Positions 62,890-64,000 of a DNA stretch of 64,000 bases are shown here, one piece after another. Source of the DNA: Balanoglossus misakiensis (taxonomy: Eukaryota > Animalia > Hemichordata); assembly GCA_040954595.2 (NCBI GenBank), contig CM082593.2, forward strand, positions 11,173,477-11,237,476, in the 5' to 3' direction. How positions within the stretch are numbered: position 1 is the stretch's first letter; each line of letters starts with the position of its first letter. The notes beneath the pieces are model-generated. The model was not told the DNA's origin. It ran no database searches and saw only the letters and a list, made by a program, of their open reading frames with translations. Position numbers and translations under genes: made by a program.

Positions 62890-64000
62890 ATGCCAAGGCT
62901 GTATCTGCTGTGGATACCAAGATATTGGAAAGTAGGTCAAAGGTCACCTGAGGTCACCCCAAATTTGGGCAAAAAAATCGGACCCCATACTAGTCTAGGT
63001 CCAACAAAAACCAAACACCTAGCTCTATTGGTTCGCCTAGAATTAGGTATGCGCATAATTAATGAGGTATTGTGTAAGACTCCATATCTGCTCCATCGGC
63101 CCTCCAAAAGCCAGGACTCTAACTGCTGTGGATGCTGAGATATGGGAAATTAGATCAAAGGTCATCCAAGGTCACCCAAAATTTGGGCATAAAATTTTGA
63201 CCCCAGAGTGGGCCATGTCCAACTAAAACCAGACCTCTAGCCCTATTGGTTAGCCTGGAATTAGATATGCAGAAAAATGATGTTTCAGAAATAGGTCAAG
63301 GGTCATTGCCAAAATTACCAAAATAGTTGTGTCATGTCCTGGCAGCATTGGTACCCATGTCCACAAAATTCATGACTGTGGTGCTTTTACAAGAGGAGGT
63401 ATGGGGATATGCATATATAATTAGTTGTTTTAAAACTGGGTCAAAGGTCATGTCAAAATTGCCCCGAAAAATTGTAACAACTTCCGGTCATATGATGACT
63501 CATATCCAAAAAAAGAATTTACGTGCTGTCAACATTTTGGCTACAAAACAGAATTTTCATTTTTCAATGGTTTTCCGAAAATCCAACATGGCCGCCATAA
63601 TGATCGACCAATCACAGTGCGCTTCGCAAACTTGATAAACATAGGTTAGGTGACCACATACCCCGAATCCTGTGACTCGGCAATCGCTGGTTCTGGAGAA
63701 GAAGATTTTTAAAGTTTTAAGTAGTTTTACAGAAAATCAATTGTAGCAAAAATCTTTATGTGTGACGTCATGATTTCAATGGGGTAAAATGATGGACAGA
63801 AGGTAGGCTACCTGTACACCAAATTTGAACTCGATCGGCCCAGTAGTTTTTGAGAAGGACTCGTTTAACGATTGTCAGGAAATGCAATATGGCCGCCAGG
63901 TCACGTGACTAATTAAATATTCACGAGCCACTGCACGTCTACTCATTGGCCCCTATCACCCTACCAAGTTTCAGCCCCCAAGGTGCAGCGGTTTTCCAGA
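62890..64000. repeat. Interspersed modular repeat (ggtcaaaggtca / accaaattt family, HINE-like), with two ~220-bp tandem units at 62900-63310
   Basis: Units at ~62905 and ~63125 resemble each other and the 24090-24290 inverted-repeat family. Confidence 0.6.

Overview
Eukaryotic, AT-rich, repeat-dense DNA with GT-AG introns. It looks like a marine invertebrate (probably deuterostome) genome; that attribution is inference only. From left to right: (1) 268-9056 holds three rearranged copies of a small spliced OB-fold-like (RPA/SSB-type) gene, originally a head-to-head pair. It also contains a 2.06-kb tandem duplication and a palindromic Kolobok-type transposon (TTAA TSD) inserted in one 5' exon. 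(2) A decayed GC-rich ORF fragment is followed by a full-length Mag-like Gypsy LTR retrotransposon with identical 204-bp LTRs (10499-15379, minus strand). (3) An old inverted duplication has ~10-11 kb arms (~16745-27920 and ~34225-44385) around a ~6.3-kb spacer that holds a broken pentraxin gene. Each arm carries an outward-pointing spliced unit with little coding capacity: NRF1/YY1-type promoter, conserved splice sites, a 24-aa smORF and an almost invariant terminal exon. That exon contains two tandem, covarying kink-turn-like stem-loops and is boxed by inverted repeats; it is the most intriguing signal in the window. (4) A 38-unit 82-86-bp satellite, a probable solo LTR, a LINE fragment and MITEs follow. 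(5) The last 15 exons of a large single-pass receptor-like gene lie on the minus strand (pentraxin/LamG-EGF-HYR-Sushi-GCC2/3 repeats-EGF-TM-NPxY), with an apparently mutated splice acceptor. All alignments, identities and folds were read by eye; no database searches were run.
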